From Octopus sinensis (Eukaryota), in contig NC_043000.1 in NCBI RefSeq assembly GCF_006345805.1, positions 155,868,001-155,932,000 of the forward strand: a stretch of DNA of 64,000 nucleotides, given 5' to 3'. The notes under the pieces were generated by a model. That model made no database searches. It was not told the DNA's origin and saw only the letters and a program-made list of their open reading frames with translations. The position numbers were made by a program, and so were the translations under genes. Positions within the stretch are counted from its first letter, which is position 1. Every line of letters starts with the position of its first letter. Shown piece by piece: positions 52,345-63,662 of this stretch.

Positions 52345-52500
52345 AAAAGAAAGAGTACATTATTTTCAATTGACGGATATTTGTCCTCATCTTGTTTGTT
52401 GTTAACACAACATTTTGGCTGATATACCTTCCAGCCTTCTTGGGGAAATTTTGAACCTGGGTTCTCATTTCTAAGGTATTTTCAAAGTTATTATTATTAT
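52345..52500 (-). mobile_element. Penelope-like 3'/pLTR relic with a decayed hammerhead
   Basis: Minus strand ccaaga-aggctg-gaaggtatat-cagcc-aaaat-gttgtgttaacaac: hammerhead-like stem II retained, core degraded. Confidence 0.45.
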
Positions 52501-53582
52501 TGTTGTTCAGGTCACTGCTTGGAACTGAACTCGGAATCTTGAGGTTAGTGGCCCATGCTCTTAACCACCACGCCATTGGAGTGAATTTTAGGGCTTATAA
52601 ATCTAATATTATCTATCCTCCCTTAATACCGGTTCCCATATGCTGTTCATATCTGCACTTGGTCTGCTTAGGAGGTTGTTGTGTCCTAGCATATATGCTA
52701 GAACAAATATTGTAAATAATGTACTTAATTCCTCATATCTTAAATATAGAACTGAGAAGAAAGAGTATATCAAAAAGTTTATCTTGCAAGAATATTTATT
52801 TTTTAAATCCAAATCAGAAGGATACTGCACTGCTGCTCCTTACAACACGTCAGTAAAGAAAAACATGGCATGCTACTTCTAATAATGGTGATGATGATAA
52901 TAATAATAATATCTGGTAAAGCAGAGAAATATCTTTGAGAGACTAACAAAATAATATATAATTCAAAACAATAGTTGTTGATTTGCTTTAGCTTAGTTTG
53001 AGATCCACTTTGATCAAGCATATCATCATCATCATCATCATTTAGCGTCCGCTTTCCATGCTAGCATGGGTTGGACGGTTCAACTGGGGTCTGGGAAGCC
53101 AGAAGGCTGCACCAGGTCCAGTCTGATCTGGCAATGTTTCTACAGCTGGATGCCCTTCCTAACACCAACCACTCCATGAGTGTAGTGGGTGCTTTTTACA
53201 TGCCACCGGCACAGGGGCCAGGTGAGGCTGGCAATGGCCACAAACAGATGGTGCTTTTTACGTGCCACTGGCACGAGGCCAGTCGGGGCGGCACTGGCAA
53301 TGGCCACGTTCGAATATCTATAACTAAAAGTATTCTAGCTATGATCATCTCGTATATGTTTTCAGATATAGTGTATCTAGGAATAGCTTATCCAATGTGT
53401 CAATCATTTATCTTCATTTTTTTACTGACTTAGTCAGACAAAGAAGGGTTTGCACTCATGCCCCTTTACAGAGCCTCAGTGACAAATGGGTGGAACTCAA
53501 TTTCAGACCAGAAACCATGTCCAAGTGATTGCAACAGAGTGGACCCTGTCAAAGACACTCAACAGTCAGGTGGTGAAAGGTG

Positions 53583-53810
53583 TTAACCCTTTAGCATTTA
53601 AACCAGCCATATCTGGCCCAAATATTCTACCTGCTTTATGTTCAAACTACCAAATCCAACTTCTCACACCTACCCTACAATGTCATTCTAAAATTAAAGA
53701 ATCACATCATCAGAAGTTCAAAGCTACAGAGATAATGCATGATTAATTCAAAACAATATGAATAAATGAGCATTACATTTGATAGAATAATCAAAATAAT
53801 CAAGGGTTAA
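53583..53810 (+). mobile_element. piggyBac-type MITE P2 (partial copy about 37590-37797; split copy 6787-8019)
   Basis: TTAA-cccttt ... aaggg-TTAA, with an internal sequence different from P1. Confidence 0.82.
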
Positions 53811-53909
53811 ACCAGGTCCGCTGCCATTTTTTAAGACATTAGTGAGTGAATTGAGGGAAATCTGATTGTTATTTCTAGCACGTTAAGTGATTGTAAATAA
53901 TAATAATAA

Positions 53910-54335
53910 TGAAATCGATCAACATCAATGGAAATTGCAGCTGTGATACCAGTGCTGGTGGCACGTAAGAGAACCATCTGAACATGGCCGTTGCCAGCAC
54001 CGCCCCGACTGGCCTCGTGCCGGTGGCACGTAAAAAGCACCATCCGTTCGTGGCCATTGCCAGCCCCGCCTGGCCCCCGTGCCAGTGGCACGTAAAAAGC
54101 ACCGTCCGTTCGTGGCCGTTTTCCAGACTCGTCTGGCACCTGTGCCGGTGGCACGTATAAGGCACCCACTACACTCACGGAGTGGTGGGCGTTAGGAGGG
54201 GCATCCAGCCGTAGAAACATTGCCAGATCAGACCGGGCCTGGTGCAGCCTTCTGGCTTCCCAGACCCCAGTTGAACCATCCAACCCATGCTAGCCTGGAA
54301 AGCGAACGCTAAACGATGATGATGATGATGATGAT
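53910..54335 (+). mobile_element. RTE 3' UTR fragment, representative. Similar copies: 3396-3590, 7642-7940, 8970-9315, 10835-11230, 14660-15070, 17232-17880, 20490-20665, 23066-23312, 24070-24280, 24880-25350, 28440-28980, 32080-32700, 40677-40850, 43695-43995, 44445-44850, 53023-53312, 60702-61052
   Basis: Shared gttaggaagggcatccagctgtagaaac...aacccatgctagcatggaaagcggacgttaaacgatgatg tail, with 0-5 upstream ~62-bp units. Confidence 0.88.
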
Positions 54336-54674
54336 GATTGTATTCAGTGCTCAGGTGCATCAGAAAAAACAACTTAAACTGCATGAAAACAGCCAAAACT
54401 CCATAGAATAATGCACAGGACGTGAACAGCGAATGAGTCTCAGAAAAATACGCACAAAAAAGGAGGGAGCATCAAGTGTACTGTTGTCAGGAAGCATGGA
54501 AGTTTTGAAGTTGTCAGGAAGCATGGAAGTTTTGAAGGGTGTAGAGTCCCGACAGTTAATGAAGTCCAAGCTTCAGCAATTCTAAGCATGAAAATATGTT
54601 TCCAAAAGTCATGGGTGCTTATCAAGTAAGTAGGTTTTTTTTTTCTTGACAAGAGACGAACAGATCAGACTTAC

Positions 54675-54842
54675 CATTCTCACACTGATTAAGTGTTACA
54701 TCCATGTTTATAGCAGTTAGAGATGCCATAAGTCCAGCAGATACATCAGCACTTTTCGTTTCCAGAGAGATAACAATTTGGTCAGAGGTAAGTGAAAACT
54801 GGTCAATCCAGTTCAAAGTTGATAGAAACTGGAAGGTTGCTT
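54675..54842 (-). CDS. VPS13B: VPS13B exon 4 (168 nt, phase 1 to 1)
   Basis: attacag/AAGCAACC ... AATG/gtaagt. Peptide LNWIDQFSLTSDQIVISLETKSADVSAGLMASLTAIN, cf. human QKISVQTTQIVISMET...CLLASLSNLN. Confidence 0.92.
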
Positions 54843-54995
54843 CTGTAATAGATTAAAAAGGTATTATATATACATAATTATATACACAAGATAAATACAG
54901 AATATATAGGACATGTACATCCAAATGTGCTATAATTACATAGTATACTAAGGAATATGAATAGATTAATTGAAATAACTAACACTTCATATTAG

Positions 54996-55545
54996 AAGCC
55001 GTTCAGCGAATACCCTCCATCAGGCATTTGCCATATTCTGAACGCTTTACTTCCCTGGGCATGGACACATTGAAACTCCGACGTCTGGCAGCTGACTTGG
55101 CAGACACCCATAAAATTATCAACCATCGTACAAACAATAACTCTGAGCACCTTTTCAAACTCCACCCATCTAACACCCGTGGACATATTTACAAAGTCAG
55201 AAAACAGCACAGCTCCCATGACTTTAGGAAACATTTTTTCATGCTAAGAGTTGCTGAAGCATGGAAAACAGCACAGCTCCCATGACTTTCATGCTAAGAG
55301 TTGCTGAAGCATGCCGGCATCAGTTGTTAGTTGTCGGAGCACTGCATCCTTCAAAACTGCCATGCTTCCTGAGATTCGCCAACACTACACCTGATTTTCT
55401 CCCCTCCATACACACACAAGCATGTATCTGACTCATGCATTGTTTGCTTTCCAGACATTTGTACACTACTGCATGTGCTTTATATGCACTGCCTGACAAG
55501 TTGTGGTGCACCTGAGCACTGTATGCAATAATTTCATTATATAAA
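54996..55545 (+). mobile_element. CR1 LINE 3' end, same family as 36697, internally rearranged
   Basis: Near-identical to 36858-37370, with a local duplication/deletion around 55260-55320. An inverted older fragment lies at about 54335-54620. Confidence 0.9.
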
Positions 55546-57492
55546 TTATATAAAGTACTTCCAATATAACTTGCAGAGAAAACATGTTTCTTCTGCATTA
55601 AGTATTACTGTTGCTGTATATATGTTTGTGTCTCCTTGTCTTGGCATTGCACAATAATTGTAAATGAGTGCCACTGTAATATAAGCGGAGTTATTTAATT
55701 CCAATATTCTGCAAAACCAAGGGGAAATGTTACTTTGTTTGGAAATAGGTGAGGGTTCCAATTCTCCATGCTAGCATGGGTCAGATGGAGTTTATTGAGG
55801 CAGGATTTCTATGGTCAGATGCCCTTACTGTTGCCAACCCTTAGCTGTGTCTCCAAGCAAGGTAATATTTCCACACATAATTTCAGTCAGATATGTTTGC
55901 ACAGAATATCAGAAAAGACATTAATTTAGAACAATCTCTTATTATAAAAGGCAGATTTTATCTGCCTCCCTTTGGGAGTTATAGAAATCTACAATATAGG
56001 ATTTCTTCAATTACAATTTACCTAGCATTTTTAAGAGTAGAATGCATCGCGTCATGCCAGGTCCAGTTTTTAAAATTTAAACTCCAATTAAGCAAAATTT
56101 ACAGAAAACTCACATTCTGGTGTGTGTGTCAAATGCTTTTCTTAGTCTGGTTTACACCACACGCAAACGCACACACACAGTGTGCAACGAATAAAATGAA
56201 AGTAAATAGCGACAGAGTGATTTGAGGAAGACTAAACTGAAAGTATTTAAACCACTACTCAAAAAATTAAAAAACACAGCAAACAGAAACAAATAAATAC
56301 ATAACCATTTACTCCTCACACAATTTCTTCAATTAGAATTTACCTAAGATTTTTCAGAGTACTTCAGTGGGTGATGCCATAAAAAATTTCTTTCAATTTT
56401 ACCACCAATTAAGACAAAATTCGAGAAAACTCAATATTTTAACATATCACTCCGAAAGCATTGATGTACATGTGTGCGTGCGTGAGTGTGTGTGTGTCAT
56501 TCCTCACACACACGCATACACATACATATACAACTACATACAACTACATACAACACGTGTGTGTTTGTTATTAGTAAAAAAGGCGCCAAAACTCAACTCA
56601 CTTATCATTCCAACACATTTGCAAAGACACACGGACGGACAGAAAAGGTAAATTGGTTTTTATTTTACTCTGTATATATTTTATTATATAATATTATATA
56701 TAGATATATGTATATATAATTGCAGTATGAAACAGTGTTTATGTATAAACAGACGACACTTATATATAGTTACCAAGCCGCCCGAATTTACCTATTCATA
56801 TTTAAATGAGAATATCAGAGCAAATCTCTTTAGTACATTCGTGAAAACACGTATTATACTTCGTAAACACTTCAACTACAGTTTTGTACAAAAATCGAAG
56901 TGTAATTTTAATTCCGTGAATTATGGGAGATTTTTTTTCCGAAATTTGTTCCTATTGTGTTTTCAAAATTTGTAATTCTGACAAAAAATGGATACGAATT
57001 TCATTATATCAAGCAGCGAGTCAGAATTCGAAGGATTTTCTACTGAAGACCTTCATAAATCCAACTCTATGACTGAAAAAAAAAAGCATCTTTATATAAG
57101 AGTGAAGTTGTGTGCCTGTCTCCTACGATTTAGATTCCTAACTACTCCCACATTTTGCGGTGCAGTTTAACCAAAACCGGGTATCTTATAGTCGTGATTC
57201 ATATCGAGCCCTTCTGGGTATTAGCGTGCGTCTACGATGAGTCTACGATTTTAAAAAAATTTACCATCATATTTTTCCATTTTAATGCATTTTTTTCGCT
57301 TTTATATAAGGGAAGTAACTCTCTAAAAATATCTACGATGTGTCAACGATTTAAAAAAAAATTTACCTTAATTTTTTTTCAATTTTTAATGCATTTTTTT
57401 GCTATTTTTTGGCTATAACTCTCTAAAAATGCTTATATAGTTATTTCCCTTACAACCCGAGCAACGCCGGGCGATACTGCTAGTCAGATATA

Positions 57493-57860
57493 TATCTCTC
57501 TATATATAAATGGCAAAATATCTGCGTGTGTGTCCTTTATACAAATCCACAATACTTCAGTTAGAGGGCTCGCACTTTCTATGGTCATTCAAAACCGTCC
57601 AAGGGTGGTCGTGCACATCTTTACATTTCCCCAGTCACCCAGCAAAGCCATTAAAAAAATCAATAAAAGTGACTTTTTTGTGAATTTTCTATCCGAAACC
57701 CAATCAAAATGCCCGAAACTTGATACGCCAATTGAATGCCAGCTAGCTGTATGTGATTGGTCGGAGATTTGGACAGTACTCTCGTGTATGTGCGCACGTG
57801 CGCAGCTGTATATGCATGCACTAGCACTATGACCCGGCGTTGCTGGGTCAGAGTGCTAGT
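57493..57860 (+). mobile_element. Helitron-like element H2
   Basis: Subterminal hairpin gacccggcgttgctgggtc followed by CTAG-T at the 3' end. Confidence 0.68.
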
Positions 57861-59023
57861 AATTATATATATGACAAACTTTTTTTTAGTTTCCGTCTAC
57901 CAAATCCACTTGTGAGGGTCTGGTTGACCCAGGGCTATAGTAGATGTTAGCCAAAGTGAAATGCACTTGGACCTTGTGGTTGGGATGTAAATTTTTCAAC
58001 CACACAGCCACACACACACACAATACTTATAAGTTATATATTCATTAGTCAATATACAAATAAGTCAAATTTACTTATTTCTCCATAGACTGGGAAAATG
58101 ACGAATAGCCTTAATCAATTTTTGATCCTTACTGGGATTTCATCAAAGGTGTGAACATCACTTGACCAACCCCAGAGAAACAAGCACTGAATCTGTTTGT
58201 ATACTCATCAAATCCAGTACCTCCAGTGAATTGGAGCTACTAATCTGCATAGCAAAAGTGTTTAATACATTATTTAATATGAGAGGCTTTATGAAAAGCA
58301 GTAAGCTGGCAAAATTGTTAGCATGCAGAGCAAAATGCTCAGCTGAATTTCATCCGTCTTTATGTCTTGAGTCTTCCTTGCACACAAACCGACCCACCTT
58401 TGAGGTAATTAAATTAATAAAACCAGTTTACATATTTCTTTTGCATTTTCTTTTATCATGTTTTTTATAATTATCATTTTCATTGGAACTGCACCTTTTC
58501 AGTTTTAAAACCCATAAAAAATTATCCTTGGGTGGTTTTGTGTGGCTAGAATGGATTAATTATATTTTAATTACTTTCAATGGGGAAAATTGATTTGTGA
58601 AACAGGTAAATCGTAAAACAAGCCAGGTCATGGAACAAATTAAACTCGTACTGCAAGGTATCACTGTATCATAACACACTAGCAGTATCGCCCGGCGTTG
58701 CTCGGGTTTGTAAGGGAGATAACTATATAAGCATTTTTAAAGAGTTACTTCCCTTATATAACCCGAGCAAAAATCATTAAAAATGCGGAAAAATTATGGT
58801 CAATTTTTTTTTAAATCGTAGACTCATCGTAGACGCGCACTAATACCCAGAAGGGCTCGATATGAATGACTATAAGATACCCGCTTTTGGTTAAACTGAA
58901 CCGCAAAATGTGGGAGTAGTTAGGAATCTAAATCGGAGGAGACAGAGTCTCACACACACAACTTCAATTTTATATATAAAGATATATAGATATACATACA
59001 ATACATATATAAATATACATATA

Positions 59024-59253
59024 CAGGGTGGCCCAAAAGTTTACAAATATTCAACTATCTCTTTCGCATTCATAGATTAATAGTTTAGATCTTAATTGTA
59101 AAAAATTTGAAACCATTATTCTGTGCTAATTTTGTTAATTTTGTCAATCTCCCTTTTCAGTTTGTAAGACAGAAATTTAAATGTAATAAAATGTTTTAAA
59201 AGAAATTTAAAGTACTTCAGTGATAACTGCAAACCTAGTTTTGGGGCACCCTG
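59024..59253. mobile_element. Tc1/mariner-type MITE
   Basis: TA-cagggtggcccaaaa ... ttttggggcaccctg-TA. Confidence 0.8.
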
Positions 59254-59360
59254 TATATTATATACATATAAGAGGGACAAATGGACAGGCAGATGGATAC
59301 ATTGTAAATATGAAATGTAAACATGTGGGTGAATTAGTTTTGAGTTCAAAGTGAAAGTAC

Positions 59361-59540
59361 CTTGAGGTTTTGGGGTTTGTACTTCAGAGTTGGCATTATC
59401 TGTTGACTGTTTGTCTTGATATGTCCTGCTATTTAATTTGATGCTTTGTTCAATTTGATTGATGAGTTCTTGCATTAGGAGCAACATGTCTGGACTGATG
59501 TTTAATTGCAACGGTCGTTCCATGTACAATGATACATGAG
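59361..59540 (-). CDS. VPS13B: VPS13B exon 3 (180 nt, phase 1 to 1)
   Basis: tttcag/CTCATG ... CAAG/gtactt. Peptide AHVSLYMERPLQLNISPDMLLLMQEL, cf. human ADVNLDISKPLKANLS. Donor position slightly less certain. Confidence 0.85.
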
Positions 59541-60442
59541 CTGAAACAGAAAACATTTTAATTCAGCTCACTCGTTAGATGAAAGGAAAGACAGAATGAA
59601 TCTGTAAAAAAATGTTCATTTCTGCTAAAATAACAATACAACTATTGAAAAGGTCGCAAGACGCAACGAAAATTTTAGGAAAATAAAAATAAGAAAAAAG
59701 TGGAAATTTTACCAGTGAGTGTGTTACATTATAAGGCACGAAAAGAAAATTACTCTTCCCAGACAAAACAGAATATGCTTCAACACACAAACTCATATAA
59801 AGAATCTTGCAAACCAAATCCAAAAACAAAAAAGAATACAACAGATTAAATAATATATGTGGAAGATGTGAATGATGTGCAATAGCCGGAGAAGTACCAG
59901 TTGACTATAGTTTGTGGCATATACAACACTGGTTTAAGGAGACTGGACAACCAGCCACTGGTTTGCTACTTTATCTTATTCACGGCGCCAATATAAGAAA
60001 GACAATTTTGTCTTACACAAGACTAAATAATCCAGTTTATTCAACATTGCTTCCAATCAATCCTTCAAGGCAATCATGATTAGAAATGAGACAGATCACC
60101 AACAGAATGAAAAAGAGAGGCTAAGACTACGCGCCTTCACTAGTCAGTTAAGGTGAGACAGCGTCACGTGACAACTTGCTGGGGCTGCCTGCTGGAGCCT
60201 AGCGGCAGGTATTTAATGATAAATTAAATAGATACATATGCTAATAGAAATTGAGAATAATTTGAGAAGGGAAACAAACTCCACTATAATACTTTGCCCT
60301 TCATCCTTCCAAAGTCAATAAAAGAAGCCCCAAACAAGTACTGGAATTAATATTATTACCTATACTACCTTTTGAAGATAAATCCTTAGCATGACCAGAG
60401 TCCACTAACTGAAACTCAGTAACAGAATAGAAAAACACTTAC

Positions 60443-60583
60443 CTGGTTTGTGGAGAAAATCTGTTAACCTCAGGGTGAAAAAACTTGGAGGTACACCAGT
60501 CTTTGGATGGGGCTGTCCAGCACGAGTTTCAATCCAACACTGGTTGAAGTCAGCATATTCTGGTAATAACTTATTGGCATCAA
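60443..60583 (-). CDS. VPS13B: VPS13B exon 2 (141 nt, phase 1 to 1)
   Basis: tttaaag/TTGATGCC ... CCAG/gtaag. Peptide VDANKLLPEYADFNQCWIETRAGQPHPKTGVPPSFFTLRLTDFLHKP, cf. human WLQTVPGEIDSKSGIPPSFITLQIKDFLNGP. Confidence 0.95.
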
Positions 60584-61174
60584 CTTTAAATAGAAGAAAA
60601 AAACGAAGAGGTAAAAAGTCATTATAAAAGGTAATTTTCGAAAATATCTATAAAATTTTAAACATCTCGGAATATTTCCAGTTACAGATTTTATATAATA
60701 GTGGCCGATGCCAGTGCCGCCTAGACTGGCTTCCGTGCTGGTGGCACGTAAAAAGCACCATCCAAACGTGGCCGATGCCAGCGCTGCCTTGACTGGCTTC
60801 CATGCCGGTGGCACGTAAAAAGCACCAATCCGATCGTGGTTGTTGCCAGCCTCGCCTGGCACCTGTGCAGGTGGCATGTAAAAAGCACCCACTACACTCA
60901 TGGAGTGGTTGGCATTAGGAAGGGCATCCAGCTGTAGAAACACTGCCAGATCAGACTGGAGCCTGGTGCAGCCTTCTGGCTTCTCAGATCCCCGGTTGAA
61001 CCGTCCAACCCATGCTAGCATGGAGAACGGACGTTAAACGATGATGATGATGAGAGCAGTGGCCATAACTTGAAATGGATGTAAAGCCTCTGAATGAAGC
61101 ACTACTGGTCTTAGTGAGCCAAACAAACAAGACAGCTTCTGCTCCTACTTTCTAGTCAAAAGATTCTCAGTAAG

Positions 61175-61244
61175 AAAAGTAGATATAAGTAAAACTATTT
61201 TGCCACCTTTAGGTGGCAAAATAGTTTTACTTATATCTACTTTT
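61175..61244. repeat. Perfect 34-bp palindrome with a 2-nt spacer
   Basis: aaaagtagatataagtaaaactattttgccacct-tt-aggtggcaaaatagttttacttatatctactttt. Confidence 0.95.
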
Positions 61245-61289
61245 TATACCATTGTATAAAACCTTTTCTAAAATAAAATTATTAAGATT

Positions 61290-61712
61290 ATAGGCGCAGG
61301 AGTGGCTGTATGGTAAGTAGCTTGCTAACCAACCACATGGTACCGGGTTCAGTCCCACTGCGTGGCATCTTGGGCAAGTGTCTTCTACTATAGCCCCGGG
61401 CCGACCAATGCCTTGTGAGTGGATTTGGAAGACAGAAACTGAAAGAAGCCTGTCGTATATATGTATATACATATATAAGTGTGTGTGTATATGTTTGTGT
61501 GTCTGTGTTTGTGCCCCTAGCATTGCTTGACAACCGATGCTGGTGTGTTTACGTCCCCGTTACTTAGCGGTTCGGCAAAAGAGACCGATAGAATAAGTAC
61601 TGGGCTTACAAAGAATAAGTCCCGGGGTCGATTTGCTCGACTAAAGGCGGTGCTCCAGCATGGCCGCAGTCAAATGACTGAAACAAGTAAAAGAGAAAAG
61701 AGAAAAAGAGAA
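61290..61712 (+). mobile_element. SINE family A
   Basis: Same family. Confidence 0.88.
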
Positions 61713-61752
61713 AAGAAACAATAAAAACATGTTTTGATTTTTAAAATCTTAC

Positions 61753-62521
61753 CTAAAAGCTTCTGACTGGCAGATGGTCCTTTCACCATGACGTCATAGA
61801 AGGACATTTCAAACTTCTGACCTTCAGGCTGCAAGGCAACCACTGTGTGTGGTTGAGAGAAGTACAAGTAAAGGTAAGGCACAATGTACGGGCTGACCTT
61901 AATCTGTGAAGAAGTGGGTTCATCGGGTTTGTTAAAAATTCCATCAATGGCTGACATCTGTTCACCTACACTGAAAGACTTTAATAATGATGGAACATGC
62001 TGTTGATACATTGATGGAAGTGTGCTGCTTGGGTAAGAACTTACACCTCCCACGTGCTGTTCTTTGCTTTGTAAATACTGATGGGAATAAACCATGCAAG
62101 ATATACGACCAGCTGTCAGTAAAACTTCCAAAGGCATTTCCAAGGTCATCGCCAACATAGGGGATATTGAGGAAGATGGTTTCAAAGGATTCTTTGGTGG
62201 AAGAGAGGAACATGATAATGACGTAGCTGTGTGTCGAGAGGTTTTATGTAAACTTTCCATCCCCTTGTAGTTAGTTGTTGTTGATATTTCACTTCCTAGA
62301 CCACTGTCGGCCACTTGGGAACTCTCAGTGAAAACATGACCCAAACGATCAGCATTTTCCATTTGCTGCACACTTCCTTTGGGAATATCAATTTCGAAGA
62401 AACAAGATATGTTCTTGTTGATAACTTGCTGTAATAATGAGATCTGGTTAATACTGATGAAGAAATCTAGTTCAGTGGTGACATTTACTTCAAGAGCAGC
62501 TCCACACACAAGGAAGTCCGC
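61753..62521 (-). CDS. VPS13B: VPS13B internal exon 1 of 21 in window (769 nt, phase 0 to 1)
   Basis: AG at 62522-62523, GT at 61752-61751. Peptide ADFLVCGAALEVNVTTELDFFISINQISLLQQ...ADSGLGS...EVLLTAGRISCMVYS...PYLYLYFSQP...FEMSFYDVMVKG resembles recalled human VPS13B VCGHSLEVNITTNLDFFLS...QDSGIGS...DIFITASRISLMTYS...PFLYFIVSQP. Confidence 0.95.
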
Positions 62522-63269
62522 CTATACAAAACAGACAAATGATTTTAGTTTCAAGTATTATATTAAAAATTTTAGTTAAAGAATGAAATATGCATTTAAC
62601 ATAAATAGAAATATTAACAGAATTTACAAGACAAAAAAAAACATAGATTTACAAACCTCACCAAATGATGATTTTGTTTTTTTTAAATAAAACTGAGAAA
62701 TGTACCTTGTACATAAAATAGATAGCTTTGATATATTAGCATGTTCCTAAATTATTCCACAAAAAATTGCATTATTTATATTGCTCTTAGCAAACGCAGT
62801 ACATTATTAGGATTCTATTATCTAATTCAAAAATCTGTGCAGCACGGATTTTTGTCAGTGAACAGGTCGCAGATTTTAGCGACGAAAATATTTTGACAAA
62901 TTAAACTTAAATGTTGAAGTGAATCAAACGGCTTTTGTGTGTTTCTTAAATGGCTTACAAACACCTTCCACGCTGCAATTGTTTACATTCCAGCACACGA
63001 TCTCAGATCAAATCACTTGCTATGCAAGTACATCTCCGTAATATTATCTAATTATATTTCAAAAACTGTTTTAGTCAATTTTCATCTAATTCTTTACAAT
63101 ACGGTCTGTTACAAGGGGTTAATAAGGTTCGTTGCACTTCTACAACCTGGACATTGATACAGTTACACTACGTCTGTTGAAAATCAGTAGCAACCCCAGA
63201 GATTTCCTTTCTTTTCGTTCTTTTATTTTCTCCTTTCTCTGTTTCTTCTCTCAGCTACATTAAAGTTTC

Positions 63270-63662
63270 TCTCTTTTACTTGTTTCAGTCATTTGACTGC
63301 GGCCATGCTGGAGCACCGCCTTTAATCGAGCAAATCGACCCCAGGACTTATTCTTTTTGTAAGCCCAGTACTTATTCTATCGGTCTCTTTTGCCGAACCG
63401 CAAAGTGACGGGGACATAAACACACCAGCATCGGTTGTCAAGCAATGCTAGAGGGACAAACACAGACACACAAACACACACATGCATATATACATATATA
63501 CGACGGGCTTCTTTTCAGTTTCCGTCTACCAAATCCACTCACAAGGCTTTGGTCGGACCGGGGCTATAGTAGAAGACACTTGCTCAAGGTGCCACGCAGT
63601 GGGACTGAATCCGGAACCATGTGGTTGGTAAGCAAGCTACTTACCACACAGCCACTCCTGTG
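63270..63662 (-). mobile_element. SINE family A
   Basis: Same family. Another head begins at about 63979 at the window edge. Confidence 0.88.

Noticed and set aside
52040-52576. 178-aa minus-strand ORF as an extra VPS13B exon
   Set aside because: It runs through SINE, microsatellite and PLE-like sequence, has no VPS13B motif, and exons 4 and 5 already join in phase.
56988-57090. MDTNFIISSSESEFEGFSTEDL as the start of a nested gene or transposase
   Set aside because: Only ~30 codons before a Helitron-like insertion, with no continuation or TIR found.
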